Assembly: GCA_964584775.1 (NCBI GenBank)
Contig: CAZPBC010000008.1
Location: 1,570-65,569 of the forward strand
DNA: 64,000 bases
Reading direction: 5' to 3'
Source of the DNA: an uncultured bacterium
GTDB taxonomy: Bacteria; Chlamydiota; Chlamydiia; Chlamydiales; SLFE01
The position numbers and the translations under genes were made by a program. Positions 53,138 through 61,242 of the stretch are shown in pieces (the stretch's first letter is position 1; each line of letters opens with the position of its first letter). Under the pieces are notes generated by a model, which had not been told where the DNA came from, did not search any database, and was given only the letters and a program-made list of their open reading frames with translations.

Positions 53138-53845
53138 ATGATCATCCTCGCAGCAAACCCTTTTATCGACTCTTTCGTCCAGTCTGACTGGATCGGAAAA
53201 ATCATCTTTGCCGGCCTTTTTTTTCTCTCGGTTCTTTGTTGGATGTTGCTCATTGTCAAAGTGATGCTCTGCCAACGTTCGAAGAGAGAGGCGGCGGCCT
53301 TTGAACAAGCGTTCCACCGTGTGCGCACGAAGCCGCTCGAGTTTCAGTGTGCAAAAAGTGACAACAACCCTCTTTTTCCCATCTACCAAGCGATCAAAAA
53401 TAAGACGCTGGAAGTGATGAACAAAAACCGTCACTTTTCAAAAGGTGAGCAGAAAGCGGCCTTTCTATCAGAAGCGGACATTGACTTCATTGACGCCCAA
53501 GCCTCCACCTCGATTTTGCAACAGGTGCAACACTTAGAAAGACACCTCTACCTCCTCTCTACCATCGTCACATTGGCCCCCTTCCTTGGTCTGCTTGGAA
53601 CCGTTTGGGGAATCTTGATCACCTTTAGTGGACTACAGGAACATGGCAGTGCTGGAAGCGAAGCCGTCCTCGGTGGTCTCGCCCTGGCTCTCACCACGAC
53701 AGTCATCGGCCTCGTGATTGCAATCCCCGCTCTTGTGGGTTACAACTACCTGAGAAATAAAATTGAGAGGTTGAGGAACCAGATGGAGGGCTTTTCTTCT
53801 GAGATGGTGGCCTCGATCGAGCTGCAATACCGCAAAGTTTCGTGA
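53138..53845 (+). CDS. tolQ: TolQ/ExbB-family proton channel protein
   Basis: It has three TM segments and the MotA/TolQ/ExbB C-terminal motif (LAPFLGLLGTVWGILITF...ALALTTTVIGLVIAIPALVGYNYL). Confidence 0.85.
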   Translation: MIILAANPFIDSFVQSDWIGKIIFAGLFFLSVLCWMLLIVKVMLCQRSKREAAAFEQAFHRVRTKPLEFQCAKSDNNPLFPIYQAIKNKTLEVMNKNRHFSKGEQKAAFLSEADIDFIDAQASTSILQQVQHLERHLYLLSTIVTLAPFLGLLGTVWGILITFSGLQEHGSAGSEAVLGGLALALTTTVIGLVIAIPALVGYNYLRNKIERLRNQMEGFSSEMVASIELQYRKVS

Positions 53846-54258
53846 GAAAAAAACTTTTTCGACCCCAGCCTGAGAAGCCCGAGATCAACCTCACGCCGTT
53901 GATCGATGTCGTCTTTGTGATCTTGATCATGTTCATCGTCATTGCACCCCTTCTCGATGTCGATGAGGTCGAGCTCGCAGCAAAAGGCGATAGCGGAGAG
54001 TTTCAACCGACGCTCAGTGAGAAGAGCCCGATCACTCTCCACGTCCTGCAAGATAACAGCCTCAAATTCAACAACAGCCGCGTCGGCATCACCGAACTCC
54101 CGAGCCTTCTCCTGCAGGCAAAGCAAGAGCACCCTGGAGCAAAACCCCAACTCTTTCATGACCGCCGTGCCGCCTTTGGAACCTATCAAGCTGTTAAAAA
54201 CGCCGCGGAAAGTGCCGGTTTCCATGAGATGGATGTCGTCCTTGCCCCATCGAGTTAA
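53842..54258 (+). CDS. tolR: TolR/ExbD-family protein
   Basis: The sequence PEINLTPLIDVVFVILIMFIVIAP contains the conserved Asp in the TM segment. A 4-nt overlap joins it to tolQ. Confidence 0.85.
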   Translation: MRKKLFRPQPEKPEINLTPLIDVVFVILIMFIVIAPLLDVDEVELAAKGDSGEFQPTLSEKSPITLHVLQDNSLKFNNSRVGITELPSLLLQAKQEHPGAKPQLFHDRRAAFGTYQAVKNAAESAGFHEMDVVLAPSS

Positions 54259-54261
54259 GAG

Positions 54262-54990
54262 ATGAGAGAGGGATCCTACAAAACACTCCTAGTCGTTGTC
54301 CTCGGAGCACACCTCTTTCTGCTCTTTTTCCTAGGAACACTCCGCCCTTACACTTCCCTTGGACTCCGAGAAAAAAAACTCGTCGTCCAAACGGTAGAAC
54401 TCCACCCCCAACCGAAACCTCAGCCCAAAGCGGTCGTTCAAAAAGAGCCTCCCAAACAAGAAGAGATTGCGGAAGCTCCTCCACCCCCTCCTCCAAAAAA
54501 AACTCCTCCAAAAAAGAAAGTAGAAAAAAAAGTCGTCAAGAAAAAGAGCGAGGAGAAAAAAGTCGTTAAGCAACAGAAAAAAGAGAAGCCGTCTGAAAAA
54601 CTCTCTGCCTCTCAAAAAGAGAAGCTCCAAAAAGCGCGTGAAGCGCTGACCGCCGTGAAAGAAAGCTCAAAGGCGACAAAAAGCACTCCCGTGAAGAAGC
54701 TCAGCAAGGTTTCGATCGCACAAGAGAGTCTGATCAGCGGCTATTCCGATAAACTCACAGGGGCTCTGCGCAAAAACCTGATCCTTCCTGAGTATGGGGA
54801 GGTGAAAGTGAAGCTCACCCTTCTCCGGAGTGGGGAGGTCAAAAAAGTGGAAGTCCTCAGTAGTGAAAGCCGCACGAATCGGCGGGAGATCGTCGAGAAG
54901 CTTAAAGGATTAAAACTCGCCCCCTTTGGAAACAATTTTCCTGGTGAAAAGGAGCACGATTTTGTTATTGTCTTGTCGAATGATCTCTAA
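54262..54990 (+). CDS. TolA/TonB-like protein (TM anchor, Pro/Lys-rich spacer, TonB_C-like domain)
   Basis: The N-terminal TM is LLVVVLGAHLFLLFFLG. The spacer is PPPPPPKKTPPKKKVEKKVVKKK. The C-terminus has a beta-rich domain. Confidence 0.65.
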   Translation: MREGSYKTLLVVVLGAHLFLLFFLGTLRPYTSLGLREKKLVVQTVELHPQPKPQPKAVVQKEPPKQEEIAEAPPPPPPKKTPPKKKVEKKVVKKKSEEKKVVKQQKKEKPSEKLSASQKEKLQKAREALTAVKESSKATKSTPVKKLSKVSIAQESLISGYSDKLTGALRKNLILPEYGEVKVKLTLLRSGEVKKVEVLSSESRTNRREIVEKLKGLKLAPFGNNFPGEKEHDFVIVLSNDL

Positions 54991-56332
54991 ACGACACATC
55001 CTTTTTCTAGTCCTGCCTTGTTTGCTCTTCGCGCACCTCATGGCTGACGATGAGCTGCAGGTCAAACTGCGCACTGCCGCTAAGCTTTCTCCTCTTTATC
55101 TTGCTCAACCTAACGTCCTCGATACTCAACTTCCCCCTCCTTACATTAAAGAGCTCTACAAAGTCGTCCACTTTGACTTTAACAACAACGGAAGAACCCT
55201 CACCTCCCCCCACTCCGCCGAGATCGACGCCAAACTTTACCGTAACGACACCGGCGCCTTCAGAGAGAGACGCGACTTCTATGCTCTGACATTGACCATC
55301 CAGAACAAGCAGGCAACCGCCACTCTTTACGATCTCAAAAAAGGGACTAGCTCTACCTTCCAGCCCCTCAACCTCACGGGAGTCCTGTCGAAAGACCGAG
55401 CTGAGCTCCACTTCCTCGCCGATGCGATCCACAAGAAACTCTTCGGAACAGAGGGCATCGCTTCAACACGCATTCTCTTCACGGAAAAAAACAGCACCAT
55501 GAGCGGTCAGGAGCGCGCGAGCATCTGGATCATGGACTACGACGGAGCAGGAAAGCGGGCCCTTACCGACGATAGCTCCTTCTGCGTCAACCCCACGTTC
55601 GTCCCTCCCTCTCGTGGAAGGATCCCCTCGAACTACCTCTACGTCTCCTACAAACACGGACAGTCAAAAATCCACCTCGCGGGCCTCCAAGGAGGAAACG
55701 GCGTGAAGCTCGGCCAGCTCCGAGGAAACCAGCTGATGCCGGCTCTTAGCCAAGACCGAAAAAACCTCTTCTTCATCAGCGACGCCTCCGGCAACCCCGA
55801 CCTCTTTCTTGAATCCTTCAATGCAGAAACCGGTGTGGTGGGTAAGCCGCGGCAGATTTACGCTGTCCCTTACGCAACCCAAGCGAGCCCGACCGTCAGT
55901 CCCAACGGGAGGCAAGTGGTCTTCGTCTCCAATAAAGATGGCAGCCCGCGTCTCTACATCATGGATGTCCCCCCTGAAGGGGCCACGATCAAAGAGATCC
56001 ATCCTAGACCTTTACTCAAACGCCGTGTGGTGGCGACTGCTCCCGCTTGGTCACCCGATGGGAGCAAGATCGCCTTCACAGCGAAAAAAGAGGGCGTGCG
56101 TCAGATCTGGATCCATGACCTTCTCACAGATGAGACCACCCAGATCACGACAGGTGGGGGAGATAAGGAAAACCCGACATGGGCACCCAACAGTCTTCAC
56201 CTCGCCTACAACCTCAGCACCCGGGAAGGTTGCAGTGTTTATATGTTGAACCTCAATCAGTTAAAACCTGTCATCCTGACAAGAGGTCAAGGCGAATGGA
56301 AATTCCCTAGTTGGGAACCACGCAGCAGCTGA
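54980..56332 (+). CDS. tolB: TolB beta-propeller periplasmic protein
   Basis: I prefer the start MISKRHILFLVLPCLLFAHLMA (signal peptide). Repeated propeller motifs are P.FSPDG-like (SPTVSPNGRQVVFVSNKDGSPRLYIM, APAWSPDGSKIAFTAKKEG and NPTWAPNSLHLAY). Confidence 0.85.
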   Translation: MISKRHILFLVLPCLLFAHLMADDELQVKLRTAAKLSPLYLAQPNVLDTQLPPPYIKELYKVVHFDFNNNGRTLTSPHSAEIDAKLYRNDTGAFRERRDFYALTLTIQNKQATATLYDLKKGTSSTFQPLNLTGVLSKDRAELHFLADAIHKKLFGTEGIASTRILFTEKNSTMSGQERASIWIMDYDGAGKRALTDDSSFCVNPTFVPPSRGRIPSNYLYVSYKHGQSKIHLAGLQGGNGVKLGQLRGNQLMPALSQDRKNLFFISDASGNPDLFLESFNAETGVVGKPRQIYAVPYATQASPTVSPNGRQVVFVSNKDGSPRLYIMDVPPEGATIKEIHPRPLLKRRVVATAPAWSPDGSKIAFTAKKEGVRQIWIHDLLTDETTQITTGGGDKENPTWAPNSLHLAYNLSTREGCSVYMLNLNQLKPVILTRGQGEWKFPSWEPRSS

Positions 56333-56339
56333 TCATTTC

Positions 56340-56369
56340 TTGTAGTATGACCGATGACTGTGGTATACT
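56340..56369 (+). promoter_or_regulatory. Candidate sigma-70/66-type promoter upstream of pal
   Basis: The pattern is TTGTAG-N18-TATACT, and it ends 41 nt upstream of the pal ATG. This is sequence-pattern evidence only. Confidence 0.3.
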
Positions 56370-56410
56370 GACGCTTCAAAAATCGAGAACTAAAGTTAAG
56401 GAAGAGACTC

Positions 56411-57115
56411 ATGAAACTAGGATCCTTTTTTCTGACAGCCGCTCTTTTCGGAGGGCTCCTTTTTACAACCAGCTGTACAAGACGCTCGTCGGGCGAAGTG
56501 ATGGACGACAGCTACTCTGCATGCCGCTACATGGGCCACGGCCTCCGCAAAATGGGTGGAAAGCAGGGTGATTCCAAGCAGATCCGCTCACGCGATGCTT
56601 TTGGAAGAAACAGCTACTGCTACACAGAAGAGTTTGTCCCTCTTCAAGACGAAATGGGCCGCGACCTTGTCTGCATGGAAAACATGCAGCAGTCTCCCTT
56701 CTCCCCAGGTGAAGAGGGAAGCCCGGTTCCTGGCGTTGAGTCTTTCCAAGATCCTGACCACGATCCACAACTTGCCGCTGTGTTCAAGCACGTTCACTAC
56801 CCCTACGATAGCGATAAACTGCAAGGTCAGGAAAATTTGCAGACGGTGCAAAACATTGCGAGCTACATGAAGCGCAACCCAAGAACGTTTGTCTTCATTG
56901 AAGGGCACTGTGACCAAAGAGGGGCTCAGGCCTACAACCTCGCACTAGGTGCAAGACGTGCCAACACCGTGCGCTCCATCCTCGTCGCTGAAGGCGTGCC
57001 TGCAGAAAGACTCTTCACCGTCTCTTACGGTAAAGAATACCCTGTAGATCCCGCTCAAAATGAAACGGCTTGGGCGAAAAACCGCCGCGCACAATTCAAG
57101 GTCTACCAGCGATGA
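56411..57115 (+). CDS. pal: Peptidoglycan-associated lipoprotein Pal (OmpA_C domain)
   Basis: The lipobox is LLFTTSC. The OmpA-like domain reads FVFIEGHCDQRGAQAYNLALGARRANTVRSILVAEGV. Confidence 0.85.
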   Translation: MKLGSFFLTAALFGGLLFTTSCTRRSSGEVMDDSYSACRYMGHGLRKMGGKQGDSKQIRSRDAFGRNSYCYTEEFVPLQDEMGRDLVCMENMQQSPFSPGEEGSPVPGVESFQDPDHDPQLAAVFKHVHYPYDSDKLQGQENLQTVQNIASYMKRNPRTFVFIEGHCDQRGAQAYNLALGARRANTVRSILVAEGVPAERLFTVSYGKEYPVDPAQNETAWAKNRRAQFKVYQR

Positions 57116-57696
57116 GAAAAGGAGCTCTCACCCTCCTATTTCTTTGCCTTCCCTTCACCTCTTTTGCGGCAACGCACAACTTCCAAAGAGGTGGGGGAAG
57201 CCGTGAGCTAGAGCAGCTCCTGCTACAGCTCAAGACGGAATTGAATAACCAAGGCAGTGAGCTCAGCCAGCTCAAAGCGCAAATCGAAAACCAATCCTCT
57301 TACTTTGAATCCCTCCGCGACGACATCGACACTCAAGAAAAACGGTGGAAAAAGAGCGCTAAAACAGACTCCATCCAAGAAGAGCTGGCAAAAACGCAGA
57401 AGCTCGCCAACGAACAGTCGGACGCCATCAATACCCTTGTGAAAAAACTCGCTGACCTCCAAAGCGAACTAGACAAAGAAAAAGAGCAGTCCGCCCACAT
57501 CGAAAAAGCCCTCGACACCGTCCTCGATGCTCTTGGCATCAAGACGAAAAAAAATGAGAAAGTCTATACCGTGAAGTCGGGAGACTCTCTTGGAAAAATT
57601 GCAGTCGAGCAAAAAACCACTATCAAAGCTCTCAAAGCGGCCAATAACCTGAAGAGCGACACGATTGTCGTCGGTCAGAAGCTGAAACTCCCATGA
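57112..57696 (+). CDS. Secreted coiled-coil protein with a C-terminal LysM domain
   Basis: It has an ATGA overlap with the pal stop. The signal peptide is ALTLLFLCLPFTSFA. The middle is coiled coil. The LysM domain is YTVKSGDSLGKIAVEQKTTIKALKAANNLKSDTIVVGQKLKLP. Confidence 0.7.
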   Translation: MRKGALTLLFLCLPFTSFAATHNFQRGGGSRELEQLLLQLKTELNNQGSELSQLKAQIENQSSYFESLRDDIDTQEKRWKKSAKTDSIQEELAKTQKLANEQSDAINTLVKKLADLQSELDKEKEQSAHIEKALDTVLDALGIKTKKNEKVYTVKSGDSLGKIAVEQKTTIKALKAANNLKSDTIVVGQKLKLP

Positions 57697-58496
57697 ACGC
57701 ACTCGGAATTTTCGACTCTGGCCTTGGTGGATTGACGGTCGCAAAAGAAATTCTTCATGAGCTCCCTAACGAATCTCTCCTCTACTTTGGTGACACCGCT
57801 CGCCTCCCCTACGGCAATAAAAGCCCCGAAACAGTGAAGCGCTATAGCCTAGAGATCGCCCACTTTCTAAAAGAGAAGGGGGTGAAAGCCCTCGTCATCG
57901 CCTGTAACACCGCCTCCGCTTTCTCAGTCGATCTTTTGCAAAGTGAACTCTCTCTACCAACCATCGGCGTGATCGAGCCGGGAGCACGGGCAGCCCTCCA
58001 ATGTTCCAAAACAGAACGGATCGCCGTCCTTGCAACAAAAAGCACTGTGAAGTCAGGAGCCTACACCAAGACGCTCCAAAGCCTCTCCCCCCACGTCGAA
58101 GTCACAGAAGTTGCTTGTCCTCTGCTCGTGCCGCTCATTGAAGAGCGCTATGCAGATACGATCCCCGGCCGTGCGATTCTCGATGAATACCTCAACCAAG
58201 TCGATTTCTCAAAAGTCGACACCCTCCTACTCGGCTGCACCCACTATCCTCTCGTTCAAACTCTGATCCGTGCAACGCTTCCTCCCCATGTGCAAATCGT
58301 CAACAGCGCTGCCGCTTTAGCGAAAGAGCTTAGACTCTTGCTCCAGATGAATGAACTCCTCTCTCCTGAGGCAGGAACCGAGCATCAATTCTATACCTCG
58401 GACGATGTCGAAACCTTTCAAAAAGAGGGATCGTTTTATCTAGGAAGAGAGTTAGCTGAAGTGAAAGAAGGGCTGACTAATTTTTCATACCATTAA
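57693..58496 (+). CDS. murI: Glutamate racemase
   Basis: The motifs IFDSGLGGLTV, LVIACNTAS and LGCTHYPL (both catalytic Cys motifs) are present. It has an ATGA overlap with the upstream gene. Confidence 0.9.
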   Translation: MNALGIFDSGLGGLTVAKEILHELPNESLLYFGDTARLPYGNKSPETVKRYSLEIAHFLKEKGVKALVIACNTASAFSVDLLQSELSLPTIGVIEPGARAALQCSKTERIAVLATKSTVKSGAYTKTLQSLSPHVEVTEVACPLLVPLIEERYADTIPGRAILDEYLNQVDFSKVDTLLLGCTHYPLVQTLIRATLPPHVQIVNSAAALAKELRLLLQMNELLSPEAGTEHQFYTSDDVETFQKEGSFYLGRELAEVKEGLTNFSYH

Positions 58497-58848
58497 TATG
58501 GTGCCAGAGAAGGGTGTAGGCGACCGTCCCCGCCATCGCCGCAACAATCGCTAGCTGATACTCTGCAGCAATCGCAAAAGGAACCACGGCATACGCCGCA
58601 AGCCCTGCTCCGATCGCGATCCACTCTTTGAGTGGAGCGAGCATTGTACTACCGAGAGCATCTACCAGCTTCGCGACAAGGATATACGTTAAGTAATAGG
58701 AAGGAAGTGCCGACGCAGCGCCAATAATGGTACTCAAGAGAGTCGTGCGCCCCCATGAACCAAACATCACCACCGGCGTTGCAGCACAGGCTGTCGCTGT
58801 GGAATTGACCGCATAACGTAGAACATCTTTAGACTCGACTTGAGTCAC
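58477..58848 (-). CDS. Small hydrophobic membrane protein, unknown function
   Basis: A 123-aa ORF with 3-4 predicted TM helices. It overlaps the end of the upstream gene, which suggests coupling. Confidence 0.4.
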   Translation of the reverse strand: MTQVESKDVLRYAVNSTATACAATPVVMFGSWGRTTLLSTIIGAASALPSYYLTYILVAKLVDALGSTMLAPLKEWIAIGAGLAAYAVVPFAIAAEYQLAIVAAMAGTVAYTLLWHHINGMKN

Positions 58849-59236
58849 GATACTTCCTCCATCCTAAGAAAATCATTCCCCCGATGAGTAACGGAAGAAC
58901 TAGATGCCACACATCAAACCGTTTTTCCACTTTTTTCGCACCTATTAAGTGCCATTTTCCTGAAGAATTTTCCAAGACTCCCTCTAGATAGACAACACGC
59001 CCTCCCGCTTCAAGAACCTCGTCAGTCTCAAGAAAGACCACGGCTTCCTCTTTCAGACAGCAACTCTTCATTCCGGGCTCTTTTCCGATCACCCACTGCC
59101 CCTCTTTCTCATAGCAAAATCCTTTGAGTTGAACCGCCTCTCCCTCCTGAAATTGTCCCATTTCAAAAAGGGTCATCGTCAGAAGCAGTGTGAGCCACTT
59201 GAAGGTTATCAACGGTGTACCTAACATACAGTCCAT
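58829..59236 (-). CDS. Hypothetical protein with N- and C-terminal TM segments
   Basis: A 135-aa ORF with WLTLLLTMTLF at the N-terminus and WHLVLPLLIGGMIFLGW at the C-terminus. The start is uncertain because the listed start abuts the metK start. Confidence 0.35.
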   Translation of the reverse strand: MDCMLGTPLITFKWLTLLLTMTLFEMGQFQEGEAVQLKGFCYEKEGQWVIGKEPGMKSCCLKEEAVVFLETDEVLEAGGRVVYLEGVLENSSGKWHLIGAKKVEKRFDVWHLVLPLLIGGMIFLGWRKYRDSSRV

Positions 59237-60395
59237 GGGGTCTTATTTGTTTACATCTGAATCTGTCACCTCTGGTCACCCCGATAAGGTCGCTGACCAG
59301 ATCTCGGATGCGATCGTCGACTATTGCATCGAAAAAGACCGCTATAGCCGTGTCGCTTGTGAAACCCTTGTCGGTCCCGGCCTCGTCATCCTCTCCGGAG
59401 AGATCACGAGCAGCGCTCCTCTTGTTCTCCAAGAGGTCGTCCGAAACAAGATCCGCGAAATCGGCTACGATTCCTCTGAGCTCGGCTTCGACTACCGCTC
59501 TGTAGGCATTCTAACAACGATTCATAAACAGTCTCAAGATATTGCTAGAGGCATCCGAAAGAAAAAAGAGTCTTTTGAGGAAATTGGAGCGGGTGATCAG
59601 GGGATCATGTTTGGATATGCCTGCCAAGAGACGGAAAACTTGATGCCTCTTCCCCTCATGTTGGCTCATGCACTCACCGATGCCTTGAAAACAGCCCGCG
59701 AAAAGGGAACCCTTCCTTTCCTCCGCCCTGACGGGAAATCGCAAGTGACGGTTGAATACCACTCAGACCACACCCCAAAGCGGATCCACACCGTCGTCCT
59801 CTCCGCTCAACACCACGAAGACATTTCAGAAGAGGAGGTGCAGGCGGCACTAAAACAGCTCATTCTCGAAACCCTTCCCGCAGAACTCCTCGATGAAAAG
59901 ACCCTCTACCACTTAAACCCCACAGGGCGCTTTGTTCTGGGTGGACCTGCTGCCGACACCGGTGTCACAGGAAGAAAGACAGCGATCGATACTTACGGCG
60001 GACGTGCCCACCACGGTGGAGGAGCATTTTCCGGAAAAGACCCGACCAAAATGGATCGAGCCGGCGCCTATGCCGCTCGCCACGTCGCAAAAAACATCGT
60101 TGCCGCAGGGCTAGCCACCACCTGTGAAGTGCAGCTCTCCTACGCCATCGGTACAAAAGAGCCCATCTCCATCCACCTCGATACCTTCAACACGAGCATC
60201 CTCCCCGAAGAGGAGATAGAAAAAGCCATCCCACTCCACTTCAACCTCACTCCAGGCGGGATCATCAAAGAACTCGACCTCGACCGCCCTATCTACTCTT
60301 CCACAGCCTACGGAGGTCATTTTGGCCGTCCCCTCCCCGAGTTCACCTGGGAGCACCTCGATAAAGTCGATGAATTGAGAAAACTCCTCACTTGA
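59235..60395 (+). CDS. metK: S-adenosylmethionine synthetase
   Basis: The motifs YLFTSESVTSGHPDKVADQISDAIVD, GAGDQGIMFGYA and GGGAFSGKDPTKMDRAGAY are present. Confidence 0.95.
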   Translation: MGSYLFTSESVTSGHPDKVADQISDAIVDYCIEKDRYSRVACETLVGPGLVILSGEITSSAPLVLQEVVRNKIREIGYDSSELGFDYRSVGILTTIHKQSQDIARGIRKKKESFEEIGAGDQGIMFGYACQETENLMPLPLMLAHALTDALKTAREKGTLPFLRPDGKSQVTVEYHSDHTPKRIHTVVLSAQHHEDISEEEVQAALKQLILETLPAELLDEKTLYHLNPTGRFVLGGPAADTGVTGRKTAIDTYGGRAHHGGGAFSGKDPTKMDRAGAYAARHVAKNIVAAGLATTCEVQLSYAIGTKEPISIHLDTFNTSILPEEEIEKAIPLHFNLTPGGIIKELDLDRPIYSSTAYGGHFGRPLPEFTWEHLDKVDELRKLLT

Positions 60396-60427
60396 CTTTC
60401 ATTTTAGAGGTTTCTAAAATGAAAGTC
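60394..60427. promoter_or_regulatory. Perfect 12-bp inverted repeat (GACTTTCATTTT-N10-AAAATGAAAGTC), candidate ArsR-family operator or start-codon-occluding hairpin
   Basis: The palindrome spans the metK stop and contains the ATG (60419) of the ArsR-like gene in its right arm. Confidence 0.45.
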
Positions 60428-60724
60428 ATGAACGAGATGATGCGAAATGCAAAGAGAGCAGAAACCCTGCTGAAGCTGATTGCCAACCAAAAGCGGTTGA
60501 TGATCCTCTGTCATCTTGTCGATACCGAAAAAAGTGTCGGAGAGCTGTCGAGTCTGGTGGACCTTTCTTATTCCGCCCTTTCACAGCACCTTGGTAAAAT
60601 GAAAGAGCAAGGCATTGTGGATGGGAAGAAAGAGGGAAAGCAAGTCTTTTACACCCTCTCTAACCCAGAGGCGAAAGCGATCCTCTCGACTCTGTACACC
60701 CTCTATTGTAGAAAAAGGAGTTAG
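60419..60724 (+). CDS. ArsR/SmtB-family transcriptional regulator (BigR-like, two Cys)
   Basis: The winged-HTH region is LLKLIANQKRLMILCHLVDTEKSVGELSSLVDLSYSALSQHLGKMKEQGIV. Cys residues lie in the ILCHL helix and near the C-terminus (LYCRK). Confidence 0.8.
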   Translation: MKVMNEMMRNAKRAETLLKLIANQKRLMILCHLVDTEKSVGELSSLVDLSYSALSQHLGKMKEQGIVDGKKEGKQVFYTLSNPEAKAILSTLYTLYCRKRS

Positions 60725-60726
60725 CC

Positions 60727-61242
60727 ATGAAAACTGTCGACCCGCACACACTCCAGCAGTGGCTGGATAAAGGAGAAGCGGTCTTAATTGACGTCCGTGA
60801 ACCCGCCGAACACCACTCTCAAAAAATCCAAGGCTCCAGCTTGATTCCGTTAAAAAACATTCCCGAAAAAGACCTCTCTTCATTCAAAGAAAAAAAGTTG
60901 GTCATCCACTGCCACTCGGGAAGAAGAAGCGCGGCTGCCTGCGTCCATGTTTTAGAAAAGGATCCTGATATTGAGGTCTATAATTTAGAGGGAGGCATTG
61001 TTGCTTGGGAGCAAGCGGGATTCGATACAGCGACCTCTAAAGCCATTAAAGTTCCCCTCGATCGACAGACACAAATTGCCATTGGTTTGCTCATTCTCAT
61101 CGGAAGTCTTCTGACTCTTTTCGTGAGCCCCGCCTTTGTCTACTTTACCGGCTTTATCGGACTGGGACTGATCTTTGCTGGCTTCTCGGGATTTTGTAGC
61201 CTCACCTATCTTTTAGCAAAACTCCCCTGGAACCGTTCATGA
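60727..61242 (+). CDS. Membrane-anchored rhodanese (YgaP-like: rhodanese domain plus C-terminal two-TM DUF2892-like tail)
   Basis: The active-site loop is HCHSGRRSAAAC. The C-terminal hydrophobic hairpin is IAIGLLILIGSLLTLFV...GFIGLGLIFAGFSGF. Confidence 0.8.
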   Translation: MKTVDPHTLQQWLDKGEAVLIDVREPAEHHSQKIQGSSLIPLKNIPEKDLSSFKEKKLVIHCHSGRRSAAACVHVLEKDPDIEVYNLEGGIVAWEQAGFDTATSKAIKVPLDRQTQIAIGLLILIGSLLTLFVSPAFVYFTGFIGLGLIFAGFSGFCSLTYLLAKLPWNRS

